This document shows, in pieces, positions 23,901 to 37,000 of a stretch of 64,000 bases of DNA. Position 1 is the stretch's first letter. Each line of letters begins with the position of its first letter. The translations under genes and the position numbers were made by a program. Origin of the DNA: Anolis carolinensis. Taxonomy: Eukaryota. Below the pieces are notes generated by a model. The model was not told where the DNA came from. It was given only the letters and a program-made list of their open reading frames with translations, and searched no databases. The DNA is taken from assembly GCF_035594765.1 (NCBI RefSeq), contig NW_026943819.1:4700703-4764702 (forward strand), read 5' to 3'.

Positions 23901-25814
23901 TTCTTTTGTTGACCTCTCTCTCTTTCTTTCTCTCTTTGCAGGAGATGGGGTGGACTTCCTTTCCTGGTTCTTGAACGCCCTGCACTCTGCTCTCGGTGGG
24001 ACAAAGAAGAAGAAAAAGAGTAAGTAAAACATGCCAATGATTCCAGAGTATTTTATATTCAGCTTTTTAGTTTTATAACACCTCCCTGCCTCTCTCTCTC
24101 TTGTGAGGGAAGTTTTGGAAAAGAAAAAACACTGTTAAGGGAGGGGAAGAGGAGAGAGACATGTATCATATATTGCTAGTAATTGCCTCCAGGCTCCGCT
24201 GTCTGGCTTGACCCCATTATAAGCTGAGGGAGGCTTTTTCAGCTCCCCAAAAAAGGGCTTAGGTAAAGGTAAAGGTTTCCCCTGATGTTAAGTCCAGTCA
24301 TGTCTGACTCTGCGGGTTGGTGCTCATCTCCATTTTTAAGCCGAAGAGCTTATCAGTAGACACCTCCAAGGTCATGTGGCCATTGGCATGACAGTTTTGT
24401 TTGATTTTCTTTGTGTGTGTTGCATTTGCAGCCATTGTGACAGATGTGTTCCAGGGGTCCATGCGGATTTTCACCAAGAAGCTGCCACATCCCGACTTGG
24501 TGAGTACAAGGCTGGAGCTCCCATTATGTTTAGAAAAGAGCCATAGGAGGACATTCAGGGCTGAAAAGGCTTTCGTGTCAGTGGTGTACGGTTGCATGGT
24601 GAGTCCAGGAGGGCAGATCCTGTGACTCGTGTGATTGGCTGCACAAATAGCCCCTCGACTTCTCTTTACAGAGCCTTTGCAGGTGGGGGTGCTTCCGTCA
24701 TGTTGTCCCCAGCCTCACGGCTGCCTCCTCAGCTTCATAGTAGGGACAGCTCTTTCTGACTAGAGCACATGGCTCAAACTCTAGGCCCTCTGTGTCATTG
24801 CATATGGCCCCCCCATATGCTGGACTACAACTCCTGTGTTCCTCACCATTAGACGTCATGATAGAGCTGATGGGAGTTGCGATACAGGATCATATCGGAG
24901 GCTCCAATTTGTTCTGTTTAGTCAGGAGAGTGGGGTTTGGATGGAGATACAAGGCTGGTGGATTATGATGTCTGACTTTAAAATGCCCTTCAACCTTTCC
25001 CCAACCCCAGAATCACAAGTGCTCTGGAGTCACAATTCCCATCGTCCCCTGATAATCAAAAGGGATGGGAGTTGCTGTTCAGTAAAGACCTCGCTTTGCT
25101 CCCCGCTGTCCCTTCTCAGCCAGCCGAGGAGAAGGAGCAGCTGCTCCAGAATGAGGAGTACCAAGAGAAAATGGTGGAGTCTACCTTTATGTACCTGACG
25201 CTGGACCTGCCCACGGCCCCGCTCTACAAGGATGAGAAGGAGCAGCTCATCATCCCCCAGGTGCCCCTCTTCAACATCCTGGCCAAGTTCAACGGCATCA
25301 CCGAGAAGGTAGCATTCCCCCCTCGGCTCTCTTGGTGTCTCTCATTCCCCAAAACGGGTTGTAGAGGATGGGATTTTGGTAGAGTAAAGGGGTGCCGTGT
25401 GTCTATGCCCACTGCCTGCCAGAAAAATCCCAAGTACCCGCCCAGTGCTGAATTTGGGGCAGTGGGGGGCAGTTGTGGTTCATTTGTGCTCAGTGGCGTT
25501 CTGATGGACTTGGCTGTTTTTCCCCATGATGAAAGTCTACCTCTTCTAGATGCTTCTCTTTCTGTCCCGCAGGAATATAAAACCTACAAGGAGAACTTCC
25601 TCAAGCGCTTCCAGCTCACCAAGCTGCCCCCGTACCTCATCTTCTGCATCAAAAGGTTCACCAAGAACAATTTCTTTGTGGAGAAGAACCCCACCATCGT
25701 CAACTTCCCCATCACGTAGGTGCCCTCTTTCTCTCAGGATTGCCATTCCACGCCAGGGCTTGGTTCGTCTTGACCAGGGGTCCCCAAACTAAGGCCCGGG
25801 GTTCACATGTAGCC

Positions 25815-25881
<67 letters not shown>

Positions 25882-26939
25882 TTTATTTTTATACCCCGCC
25901 CCATCTCCCCGAAGGGACTCGGGGCGGCTTACGTGGGGCCTGGCCCGATAAAACAAACAAATAACAGTAACAAAGCAATAAAACAATTATCCCAGTAAAA
26001 AACACCAACATCAATAAAAACAATAATTAAAATCAACAAGCAGGATACAGTGTTAAAAACAGGAGACCAATTCGTAGATCCCAGGCAAAATGCAGAGTGT
26101 TACGAAATGGGAAAAGGAAATTTCACAGTTGGACAATAAAGTGCGGTATAAAATGGCAAGACAACAACAATGGGACTATTATGGAATGGACAGAGAGATC
26201 AATCCAGCAACAACTAAACATCGAAGGCCTTTTGGAACAGCCAGGTTTTTAAGCTCTTCCGGAAAGAGAGGAGGGTAGGGGCCTGCCTGATCTCTCTAGG
26301 TAGAGAGTTCCAAAGCCGGGGGGCCACGACGGAGAAGGCCCTCTCTCTCGTCCCCACCAACCGTGACTGTGAGGGTGGTGGGAGCGAGAGAAGGGCCTCC
26401 CCCGACGAGCGAAGAGAACGTGTGGGTTCATAGAGGGAGATGCGGTCTCTAAGGTAGGTGGGTCCCAAACCCATTGAAGCCATTTATCCGGCGTCTCCCT
26501 CCTCCTCCACCTAGGAAGGCACATGCAGCCTGGTGTGTGCCTTCCAAAGCTTTGCTTGTTTATAATGGTATTTTAATTATTATTTAATTAATTAATAATT
26601 TTAAGGGGAGTCTGAAGGGGGTTTGACTAAATGGCCCAAGGGGGTCTCTTTCAACTTTCTTTACTATTATTATTATTATTATTGACAGAAGGACACAGTA
26701 TTACACAGCAAACGAAATACATATGCTGGATTTCATATCACAAAATCACAAGTCGAACACTTCCCAAGCATTTAGGACTGTGTGATGTGTTGTTGTTGTT
26801 GTTGTTGTTGTTATTATTATTATTATTATTATTAACATTGAGGCTGGGTGGCCATCTGTCAGGGGTGCTTTGCTTGTGCTTTTGGAGCACAAAGGCAGAA
26901 GGGGGTTGGACTAAATGGCCCAAGGGGTCTCTTCCAGCC

Positions 26940-26990
<51 letters not shown>

Positions 26991-29399
26991 ATTAAGGCTG
27001 TATTTGTTCCCATTTTGTTTTTTTATTTCAAAACAAGGTATGTACAGTATGCATGGGAATTTTGTTCATAGTTTTTTTTAAAAACTATAGTCCGGCCCTC
27101 CAACGGTCTGAGGGACCATGAACTGACCCCCTGTTTAAAAAGTTTGGGGACCCCTGGTCTTGACCCTTTATAGCTCAGCAACTGAAGCTGGCATGTGGGG
27201 TTAGGTTTGTTTTTTTTCAGAACTGACGTGGTTTTTGGCAACTTGAGTGCAGACGTCTGCATTGTCGAAGGTCACGTTGTTCTGAATTGTCGGGGGCACT
27301 GGCTGCCATAGACTCTTTGCAGGGATCCTGTGTTTGCAGCCACTGAGAGCCCACTTTCTCCTTGCAGGAACGTGGACCTCCGGGAGTATCTCTCTGAGGA
27401 AGTGCAGGCTGTGCACAAGAACACCACGTACGACCTTATCGCCAACATCGTGCACGACGGGAAGCCGGCGGAAGGAGCTTACAGGATCCATGTCTTGCAC
27501 CATGTGAGTCCTCAGGAGGGAGCTGCTTCGGGCCCTTGTTGCCTGCTGTGATTGAGAGGGACCTCTGTGATGTGTCAGGCTACAGGCTGTCCAGGAAGTG
27601 TTCACCTGTCCTCCGTTACATCTCCTGTGATTGGGTCCACGTCTTGAGGCTTCCCAGGGGCCCTTGGCTGCTTCTGGAGCATAACCCTCTCAATATACAC
27701 ACTAGATTTGCATCCTAGTCAGGCTTTTCTGTGTATGCCATGCTGCTCTTCTTGCTTGTTTCTGTCAGAAATATTAAACATTAACTAGGTATTTTTAATT
27801 ATGAAAATGTGAGTCAAGCACTGAAGGGGTTAAAATGGGTGCAATGACTCAGCAAAAACTGCAGTTCAATATAAGCAGGTATGCCTGTAGCTTAGTAGGC
27901 CTCAGTGTGAGAGTGTGAGAAAGGCTCAGTGTGAGTAGGCCTCAGTGTGAGAGTGTGAGAAAGACTCAGTGTGAGTAGGCCTCAGTGTGAGAAGCTTTGG
28001 TGAGAGAAGCCCCAGGTTGAAGGCCTCCTGTGTGAGGCTCCAGTGTGAAGGCTGCTGTGTGTAAAGCTACTATGTGAAGCTCCTGTGTAAGTTCAGTGTA
28101 AGAAGAGGCTCTGTGAGAGTGAAGCTGGATGAGAAAGAAGCCCAGGGTGGAAGAAAAGAAGGAAGTATGAAGAAATTTATTTGTGTTATGTAAACCTTAC
28201 TTTTGTAAATAGTGCAACCATATTATTTTTCTACAAAGAAAAGCCTCCAAAAAAAGAGATAACATTGGTCTGTGTGTTTTTGTTCTTTTTATCACTTTTG
28301 GCTCCTGGTGCTGGGTCGCGCTGCTGCTAATAAGTTATTCTGCTATATGTTTATGGGGAGGGTCTTTTGTTAATAAGCCCACTCGCCTAACAGTCTCTTC
28401 ATGTCACATTCCCTATTCTTTCTGATTCTGAAAGGGCACAGGCAAGTGGTATGAACTGCAGGACTTGCAGGTGACGGACATCCTCCCGCAGATGATCACG
28501 CTCTCAGAGGCCTACATTCAGGTGAGTGCTGTGGCTGGTTGACAGCATCTCCAGAGGCTAGTCAATGGGCCCACTGAGCAGAATCTGCTGGGAGCTCCTG
28601 CCTGGGCCTGAGGCAGAGCCTCTCAAAGCAAGACCTGACTGCTTGGGCTTGCTGGGCAGAATCTCCAACTTTTTCTGGCACTTAGCGTAGATGCTTAGGG
28701 GGCCTCACAGTTATGGGTTAGAGGACGGGGGGACATGGGGTTCCCATGGAGCTAGAAGGTGAAGGAAAGGGCCCAAGAGAGGATTCTTGGACCTAATATG
28801 GTGTATTGTTATGTACATGTAAATATAATAATAATAATACCATAACAATAACAATACATTTATTATCCCCCTTTCCTTGCGGCCTGAGGCAGGTGGAAGA
28901 ATCCACAGGGTCCTTTTTTGCATATTATTATTATTAGCATCATCGTCATCACTGCACTGAGCTCTGTCTAGTTCTTGTTGTTATTATTTGTCTTCTGACG
29001 ACGTCTTTTCTAGCTATTGTTATTAATAATGATAATATCTCATATGGTCTTTTCTAGCAATCACGCTATGTAACACGATTTTTCGTTTCCTTATTGGTTC
29101 TATCATAAAAACATGGTAAAAGTTTATTAAACTGCAAAAAGGGGACCTCGAGCAATTCATCCTAGTTTGTGTCAGACACAAAAAATGAAGTTTCTGTAGT
29201 TTTATCAAGGCATTGAATGTTTGCCTTTTATCTGTTGGAATCTACCTTAAGTCCCTTTGGGGAGATAGGGCGGAATACAAATAAAGTTTTTATTATTGTT
29301 ATTATTATTTTCCCTGCTAATGATGGGGGGCTTGTCTTGTTTCTGCAGATCTGGAAAAGGCGGGACAACAAGGAAGAGACCAACCAGCAAGGGGCTTAA
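15340..29399 (+). CDS. USP39: U4/U6.U5 tri-snRNP-associated protein 2 / inactive ubiquitin-specific peptidase 39 (Sad1), 13 coding exons, 532 aa
   Basis: Exons: 15340-15505, 16635-16704, 20012-20106, 20950-21086, 21335-21487, 23549-23774, 23942-24019, 24432-24499, 25120-25308, 25573-25715, 27368-27503, 28435-28521, 29349-29399 (1599 nt, GT-AG, in frame). ZnF-UBP (HCPYLDTINKSVLDFDFEKLCSISLSHINVYACLVCGKYFQGRG) and USP domain (GLNNIKANDYANAVLQ, IVHDGKP, WYELQDLQV, EAYIQIWKRR). Confidence 0.97.
16272..16460 (+). mobile_element. CR1 ORF2 internal fragment
   Basis: EKNLGVLV..KVNMSQLCDAAAKKANGILACI is a CR1 post-RT motif. Confidence 0.75.
17562..19564 (-). mobile_element. Non-autonomous Helitron (2.0 kb) containing Sauria SINE, Penelope and MITE fragments
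   Basis: Minus-strand 5' TCTATATATATAAAAGAGTGATGGCATCAC and 3' GC-rich ...GCAACGCGTGGCCGGGCACAGCTAG; A|T target, no TSD. Confidence 0.8.
20265..20587. mobile_element. Tc1/mariner MITE (CAGTAGAGTCTC family)
   Basis: Complete TIRs, TA TSD. Confidence 0.9.
21600..22072 (+). mobile_element. Non-autonomous Helitron, short form
   Basis: 5' TC, 3' CTAG, inserted between A and T; same termini as 17562-19564. Confidence 0.82.
25775..27156 (+). mobile_element. hAT-superfamily non-autonomous DNA transposon
   Basis: TIR CAGGGGTCCCCAAACT / AGTTTGGGGACCCCTG with a perfect 8-bp TSD GTCTTGAC. Confidence 0.9.
25880..26474 (-). mobile_element. L2 LINE 3' fragment nested in a hAT element
   Basis: ORF2 end (RAFSVVAPRLWNSLPREIRQAPTLLSFRKSLKTWLF) plus 3'UTR and tail followed by (TTA)n. 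Confidence 0.85.
27763..28392. mobile_element. Solo LTR (630 bp) in USP39 intron 11
   Basis: TG...CA ends; 5-bp TSD GTTTC/GTCTC (1 mismatch); internal GTGAGTAGGCCTCAGTGTGAGA repeats. Confidence 0.6.
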
Positions 29400-29801
29400 A
29401 GACGGAACTTTATCCGAAAGAGAAAGGGGACAAGAGGCCCACAGCGGCACCGGTCACCTCTGCATCTTGCTGAGGAGCCCAGATGCTACGGATCTCCCTG
29501 GGGCTGCTGAGAGGAGCAGGTGGCTTTTTAGAAGCTGCTGCTGCCAGCCCTGTGCCTCCTGACCCCCATTGAATGAAGGGGGAACTCCTCGGTAGCCCCT
29601 GACAGAGCCCCAGTTGAAGGAGGCAGCAAATAGGAGGCCTTCTGGGGGAATGGCCAAGCTCCACTTCAAGGAGGCCATTCCAGAAACAACCTGAGGAAGA
29701 GATTGTTGGAGGAGGGAGAGAGGGAGGGGCACCTCCCAAACCACACTTGCGAATGGGATTTGTGTGTCTGCATTTATCACTTAAGAGAGCCAGAAAGTTC
29801 C

Positions 29802-29807
29802 AGTAAA
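29802..29807 (+). terminator. Candidate USP39 polyA signal (AGTAAA variant)
   Basis: About 400 nt after the stop, followed by T-rich sequence. Confidence 0.4.
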
Positions 29808-30310
29808 CACTGTTTTTATATCATTCCAATTTTCATGACTGTATTACTACTGAATTGTATCTCAGAAGTCAAGTGTTATGGGTCTGAATAGTACAGTAGA
29901 GTCTCACTTATCCAATACTTGCTTATCCAACATTCTGGATTATCCAACACAGTTTGCCTCCCGCCCCGATCCACAGCTGCTTCTCTAGGCAGCAAGAATT
30001 GAACTTTTTATGGATTCAATTTCCAACAGTGTTGCTACTGTAAGTTCATTTTATGCAATTCTGTCTTTATTTGTAGTCAATTTGTTAGTAGTCTATCCTG
30101 TATTTATTACGATTTTACCATTTATGTGTTTTAAATGCAATTTTTTATCCTGTATTTTTGTTTTAATTGATATATTGTATTACTGTTTTATCTTTTCATA
30201 GTGTGATTTGTATTATGTTGCCTATATTTTGTCCTATGTTGTTTGGGGCTCTGCCCCATGTAAGCCGCCCCGAGTTCCCGCAGGGAGATGGTGGTGGGGT
30301 ATAAATAAAG

Positions 30311-30342
<32 letters not shown>

Positions 30343-31064
30343 GACAATGTTTTCAATACATTGCAATGTTTTGGTGCTAAATTCGCAAATACAGTAATTA
30401 ACTACATAACGTTACCATCTTTTGATCTGCTTTTTCTGTCTATTTGTTGTAAAACATGTTTTGGTGCTTAATTTGTAAAACCGTAACATAATTTGACATT
30501 TAATAGGCTTTTCCTTAATCCCTCCTTATTATCCAACATTTTGCTTATCCGCCCCATTTATGTTGGATAAGTGAGACTCTACTGTATTGTTGACAAGAGG
30601 AGAGTGGAATCATAATACTCATTAGCTTTTCGACTGACTCTCCTCTAATTTCTCCTCTTGCATCTGTTTCTTTAATACCCTAATTTCCAGCATTCATAAC
30701 GCAAGGTGAAGTTGTAGCACATTTGAAACCAACTGCGGGAAGTTAGTAGCATAAGTTGTTGCAGGGCTAAGTCTACTTCATCAGATACATGGGGAAAAAA
30801 GGCACTATTGTTTGAAGGAGTGAGTGTGGGGTCACTGTACGGTCTGGTCCTGGCCATTGTCTTCATATTTTCTGTGGTGCACTGCATACAATGCAAAGAC
30901 TCGTTTCATGATTTGGGGAGTGACTTTAATAATGGCCAGTAGGAGAGCCTCTGTCCCTTGGGTGTCCTTCCCAGCCCCATCGGTCAGTCAGGAGGAAGGG
31001 TCTGAGTAAATGTGCCCAGAGGAGTACGTCAACAGCTGAAGGCAGACGCATCTTTTTCTTTTGG

Positions 31065-34000
31065 CTACAGCCAGGCATGAGCCTGGCAGTACTGGACCGC
31101 CTGGAAGGAGGAGAGGAGGGAAGAATTAGAGCAGTGGTTCCCAAACTTATTTGGCCTACCACCCCCTTTCCAGAAAAAATATTACTCAGCACCCCTGGAA
31201 AGGGGGGCGTGGCTTAGAGGGGTGGGCGTGGCTCCTGCTCAATAGGGTGGGGCTGAGCCTCTCCCTTAGTCCATGCAGGGCTGGGAGGGGGAGTTGGGCG
31301 GGGCCACAAATGGGCGGCCAGGACTGGCATGGGCGGAGTTACGAGCTCTGAGACAGGGCTGAGCTTCTATCCCTGTCCTGCGGCACCTGCCAGGACACGG
31401 GGGCGGGGCTAGAGGAGGGGGCGGGGCCTCTTCCCAAGTGCCTGACGGGGTTGCATCTCAGGGGAGGTATACACAGGCTCAGCCCTGTTTCGCGCTCTTG
31501 GGAAGAGGCCCCTAGCCCTGCCCTTTAGTCTTAAAAGGCCTCTCAGGAGAGGCATAGTGGCTCAGCCCTGTCTCCAGCACTTGTGAAGAAGCCCTGCCCC
31601 TTCCCTGGCCCCACCCCTGTGTCCTGATAGGTGCCATCACCGCTCCCCTGGATCGCTGCAGCGCCTGGCGGTAGCAGCCACTTTGGGGTTCCCCTGACGT
31701 TTCCCCTGACGTTAAGTCCAGTCATGTCTGACTCTGAGGGTTGGTGCTCATCTCCATTTCTGAGCCGAAGAGCCAGCGTTGTCTGTAGACTCCTCCAAGG
31801 TCATGTGGCCACTGGCATGACTGCATGGAGCGCTGTTACTGTCCTGCCAGAGCGGTACCTATTGATCTACTCACATTGGCATGTTTTCAAACTGCTAGGT
31901 TGGCAGAAGCTGGAGCTAACAGTGGGCGCTCACTCCGCTCCCCAGATTTGAACCTGGGACCTTTCAATCTGGTAGTTCAGCAGCTCAGTGCTTTGACACA
32001 CTTCGCCACCAGGGCTCCGAATTAAGAGCATAGTCGTGCTATAATGTGAGATCACTTTACGTGCCTGGTGACATCCGCACGAGAATCCAACAGCGCCTTC
32101 AAGACTAATTGATTCAATTTAGCATGAGCTTTCTTGGATTGCAACCCTTTGACCCACTCACTGTGCTCCATCAATGTATTGAAACTCACTGAAGTGCCTA
32201 CTTAAATAAGTCAATCTTAAAGGTGCTCTTTGATTCCTTTTTTATATTGAAGCAGTCTCTTGACAACTTGAAAAGCCTCTCTGAGTGTTGGGAACCCCTC
32301 TTACGAATCCTTGTTATGAAAAAATGCACCCGAGGTGGTTTGTGCAGGAAATGCATGAAAACCACATGCATTTATGCATCGACTAAGTCCTGAACTAAGG
32401 AGCCCCGGTGGCGAAGTGTGTTAAAGCACTGAGCTGCTGAACTTGCAGATCGAAAGGTCCCAGGTTCAAACCCTGGGAGCGGCAGGAGTGGCTGCTGTTA
32501 GCTCCAGCTTCTGCCAACCTGGCAGTTTGAAAACATGCAAATGTGAGTAGATCAATAGGTACTGCTCCGGTGGGAAGGTAATGACACTCCATGCAGTCAT
32601 GCCAGTGGCCACATGACCTTGGAGGTGTCTACGGACAATGCCGGCTCTTCGGCTTAGAAATTGAAATGAGCCCCAACCCCCAGAGTCGGACATGACTGGA
32701 CTTAACGTCAGGGGAAACCTTTACCTTTACTAAGTCCTGAACTGTATATCGTCTTTTGACAACTGAACAAGGCAACGGATAAGATGCAGCTGAGTTTCCT
32801 CACCTGGCATTGTTTGGCGGCATCCCAACTGGAGCACCAGAACGGAGGGCCCTGAGCGCAGGCTGTGGCCCCTGGGAAGGGCTTCTCGGCCGCACAAGCC
32901 CCGAGTTCCTGTTGGCAAAAGACAAGGCTTGAGTCGTAAAAGCTCGTTGGCTAAAGAGGGGCCTTGGAGGCGGCAGCCCACCCGGAGTCATGCCTTCCTA
33001 CCTGGCAGATGGCATGGGAACCCCAAGGCTTCAGAAGCAACGCAAAGAGCTGGGCCTGGTGCTGGGAGATGAAGCGCTTGCACTGGGAAAGAGAAGGAAA
33101 CATCTTATTAGGGACCAAGCATCCGGAATGGGCTCCCCAAGGTTCCCTTAATGTTTCTGAAATAGCCCATAAGAATATATCCACAGCTACAATGGTCCTT
33201 CTCACACTTGTAATGGAAGGCAATCTAATGCCTCTTGTTTGGTCAGATCCATGCTTCCCAAATACTAGCTGTGCAGGCATTTTGGACTTCAAGTCCAGGC
33301 CATAGCTTTGGCCAATGATCAGGGATTCTGGGAGCTGAAGTCCCAAACACCCGGAAGGCTAGAGTTTGGGAAACACTGGTCCATGGTTCTACAAAACTCT
33401 GTGTTATACCTGCTGCAATATAGTAAGTACAGTAGAGTCTCACTTATCCAACATAAATGGGCTGGCAGAATGTTGGATAAGTGAATATCTTGGATAATAA
33501 GGAGGCATTAAGGAAAAGCCTATTAAACATCAAATTAGGTTATGATTTTATAAATTAAGCACCAAAACATCATGTTATACAACAAATTTGACAGAAAAAG
33601 TAGTTCAATATGCAGTAATGCTATGTAGTAATTACTGTATTTACGAATTTAGCACCAAAATATCATGATGTATTGAAAACATTGACTACAAAAATGCGTT
33701 GGATAATCCAGAACGTTGGATAAGCAAGTGTTGGATAAGTGAGACTCTACTGTAACTTTATTTTTCTATCCCGCCACCATTTATTTATTTTATTTATTTA
33801 TTGACATCACTTTTACTCCGCCCTTCTCACCTGGAGGGACTCAGGGCGGCTTACAACAGTCGGCAATTACATTGCCCAAAATACATTCAATAAAACAGTA
33901 ACAGAATCCATAAACAATAAAACAGTACCGCATTAATTAAAACACTAATTAAAATCTGTTAAACCATGAATTATAAAATTTAAAATGCCTCTCCCGGCTG

Positions 34001-37000
34001 GGACTCGGGGCGGCTAATACGGGACAAAGGCCCAAAAACAATAACCAAAGTACAAGAATTAAAACATTACAAAGAGTAAAAACACAGTAAAACGACATTA
34101 TGCAGAACAATACATCAATATAAGCTGCATTTTCTTTGGCACCAGCTGCACCTCAAGCATCTCTATTCTGTTTGGGGATGCAATTCATTTGAATTTCTTC
34201 TTGAAGGAAGAAACAACAACAATAATAATAAAACTTTATTTATACCCTGCGACTGTCTCCCAGAGGGACTCGGGCGGCTTATAAGGCACTCAAAGGTGCA
34301 ACACACAAAATACAAAAAATGCAGAAATAGTAACTGTGGTAATTTCAGGCAGAGGTGAATCTTTTTCCCTTTCTTCTTCTTATTCACTTTAGATGGTAGC
34401 GTAACTTAGTTTAGAATATGTGTGACAGAGGCTTGGATGTTGAAGAACATTAAAAAGTTTATTCAGGCACAGAGCTTAGTGGTTACAGTAACTTCTTTAA
34501 AGGCACTTAGATAATGGTTGCAACTATAACTTATGATGAATCCACTTCCAAAATACTTTCTCCTTTTTTTGAGCAGTCTAAACCTTTTTCTTCTTTTACA
34601 ACCAAAGCTATCAACTGATCACTTTGGATCCAACTGGGATTTCTTCCCCTTACCACTCAGACTCTACGAATAAACTCAAACAAGTCACATAACTTGCTTA
34701 ATATGACATAACTAGAGACCTGAGCTTCCCTGGTTTCCCTAACCTGGAACCAGTGTCTTCCCTGTGACTCAGAACACAGACTAAACTGTTTTTTAAAACA
34801 TTCCCTCCTTTTCCTCCAAACGGCGGTTGGCTCCGCCCTCGTTACTATGGCAACCTGCCTCAGAATGCTGAGCTGGCTACCATCCCCCACGCACTGGTAA
34901 CTAATACTTACCCTTTTAAACATAGTTAAACATGACTTTTAAAACGAAATTAAACATGACATCTATAAATCAAAATAAAAACACACTTCTTTACAGTAAC
35001 ATAAAACAATAACAGCCGACATAAATATCTCACTTCTTAAAACCCTTTGGTTAAAATTAATAAAATACACTAATAGCTGCAGGGAGGGGGCTCTGTCCTG
35101 GCTTACCTCTTCCCAGCCCAGGAAGCTGCGGCTGCAGGCAGACAGCAAGGCGAGGTCCACGTCCACCCGGGTGCTATTTGGCTGGAGGGCTCCTTGCACG
35201 TGGCTGCTGATGGCGAGACAGGCCTGGCAGCCGTCCGTGGAGAGGTCAAGTGCCGGTGCTGCTGGAGGCATGTCTGCAGGGATAAAACAATGCACCTCGG
35301 GGTCTGTTTGTATGTCTTGTGCATGCACCCCTTTCCAGAATAAGCATGGCTTTGCCTAGTAGCCTTTGGCCTCAGGAGCCAGACTCTTGCGTGACTTGAG
35401 CTCAGTGTCCCTCCCCATCCTCGGCTGCAAGAGAGACCTCCCTTGCTTGCCTGAGGAATTATGTATTGGAAAATAACTGTCTCTGGGCACATATCCATTT
35501 GGCAAATGTGAACCTGCATGAATATGTGAAGACCACTTTTTGAAAACTACTAGTCAATAAAATCAATACCTTGTTAGAAGGCAACTCTTTGAACAAGTGA
35601 TCTTTCATGTAATGGCACACAGGTAACTCGGCTGTTAAACTGAAGAACCATATCTTGGACAAAGAACTATCAAGGATGGACAAAGACATGCCACTACAAA
35701 AATATATTTGGCTAGCAAAGGATGGTTGTTTCTTGGCAGTTGTAATTGCCCAAAACATATACACTGTTAGTGTATTCTGTTGTCAAAGTGAAATGTTATA
35801 TCAAGTTAGGCTGTTGGGTGTTTGCAACTGTCTTATTCCGGCAAAGCATTCCAGCAGCGCAAGGGTTAAGCACAAGCCAGCTTGATTGATTGCCCACAGG
35901 ACCAATAGGTCAGGGCTTCCGTTTGAACTGTTTGACCGGAACTTTCATCATGAACTGAGAAATGCAGGAGGTGCCAGCTTGTTCAGATAACAGCCTTGCT
36001 GAGCTGAGAAGAAGCGCCATGTGTCCGGAGAGTTATGGCTTTCAGTAATTGTATATATTCGTACAATAAAGCAATTAGACCTGCTGGGATCAGCATTAAA
36101 TAAGACTAAGCTGTTGTTTTGTTTGTGCCATTTTTTGCTGCTGCAACAGGTGGTCCTTCGGGTGAGCAGAAGGAGAGAACTGACTCATCAAATCAGTCAG
36201 AGTGATGGATGATTGATTTAACACCCTATCCCAGCATTCCCCTGACATACACTCCCTTCAAAAACCTTTTAGTTTAAAGCATGCACTCAGCAACCTTGTT
36301 TCCGATCTTCTTTTCCAAAGCTCAAGTGCGGACGTTGGCCTGGAGCACACCTTCCATGCATGTGGCCCCACGAGCCCAAAGTCACGTAGTTGCCGAAGCC
36401 CCTCAGGGCGTACCTGGGCTTCCGTCTTCCGTGGCGCACATGAGCATCATCCCGCAGATCAGGTTCGGTCCCACCTTGCCCAGGACCATGTCCAGGATGG
36501 TCGCGCTGTATTTCTCCGTCAGGCACTGGCACATGCCCCCCATGGACACCGGAAGGACGCGGCAGAGCTGGGCCATGGTGGTGCCGATGGCGGCCTCAAG
36601 GGAAAAAGAAACAAAAGAAGGGTGTGTGAAGACAACAGCTGGCCCTGGGTCTCCATTCAAAGAGCTTGAGTGTCCCTATGGATGCTTGAAAGGGGTTGCC
36701 TTTCTGGATGGAGACGCTGAGATGTTTCTGATCCCCACTTGTTCTCTTTCATAGTAAGGTAAAGGTAAAGGTTTTCCCCTGACATTAAGTCCAGTCGTGA
36801 CCGACTCTGGGGGTTGGTGCTCATTTCCATTTCTAAGCCGAAGAGCCGGTGTTGTTCATAGACACCTCCAAGGTCATGTGGCCACTGGCATGACTGCATG
36901 GAGCGCCGTTATCTTCCCGCCAGAGCAGTACCTATTGATCTACTCACATTGGCATGTTTTTGAACTGCTAGGTTGGCAGGAGCTGGAGCTAACAGCGGGT

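Noticed and set aside
21440-28480. USP39 lacks the catalytic Cys/His/Asp (NDY, GAYRIH, ELQD)
   Set aside because: Known pseudo-deubiquitinase property of USP39/Sad1; not pseudogenisation and not novel.
32398-32480. tRNA-like A/B boxes
   Set aside because: These are SINE heads, not tRNA genes; no complete cloverleaf.
34421-34960. Possible additional solo LTR in SFTPB intron 8
   Set aside because: LTR-like composition, but I could not find matching TG..CA ends with a TSD.
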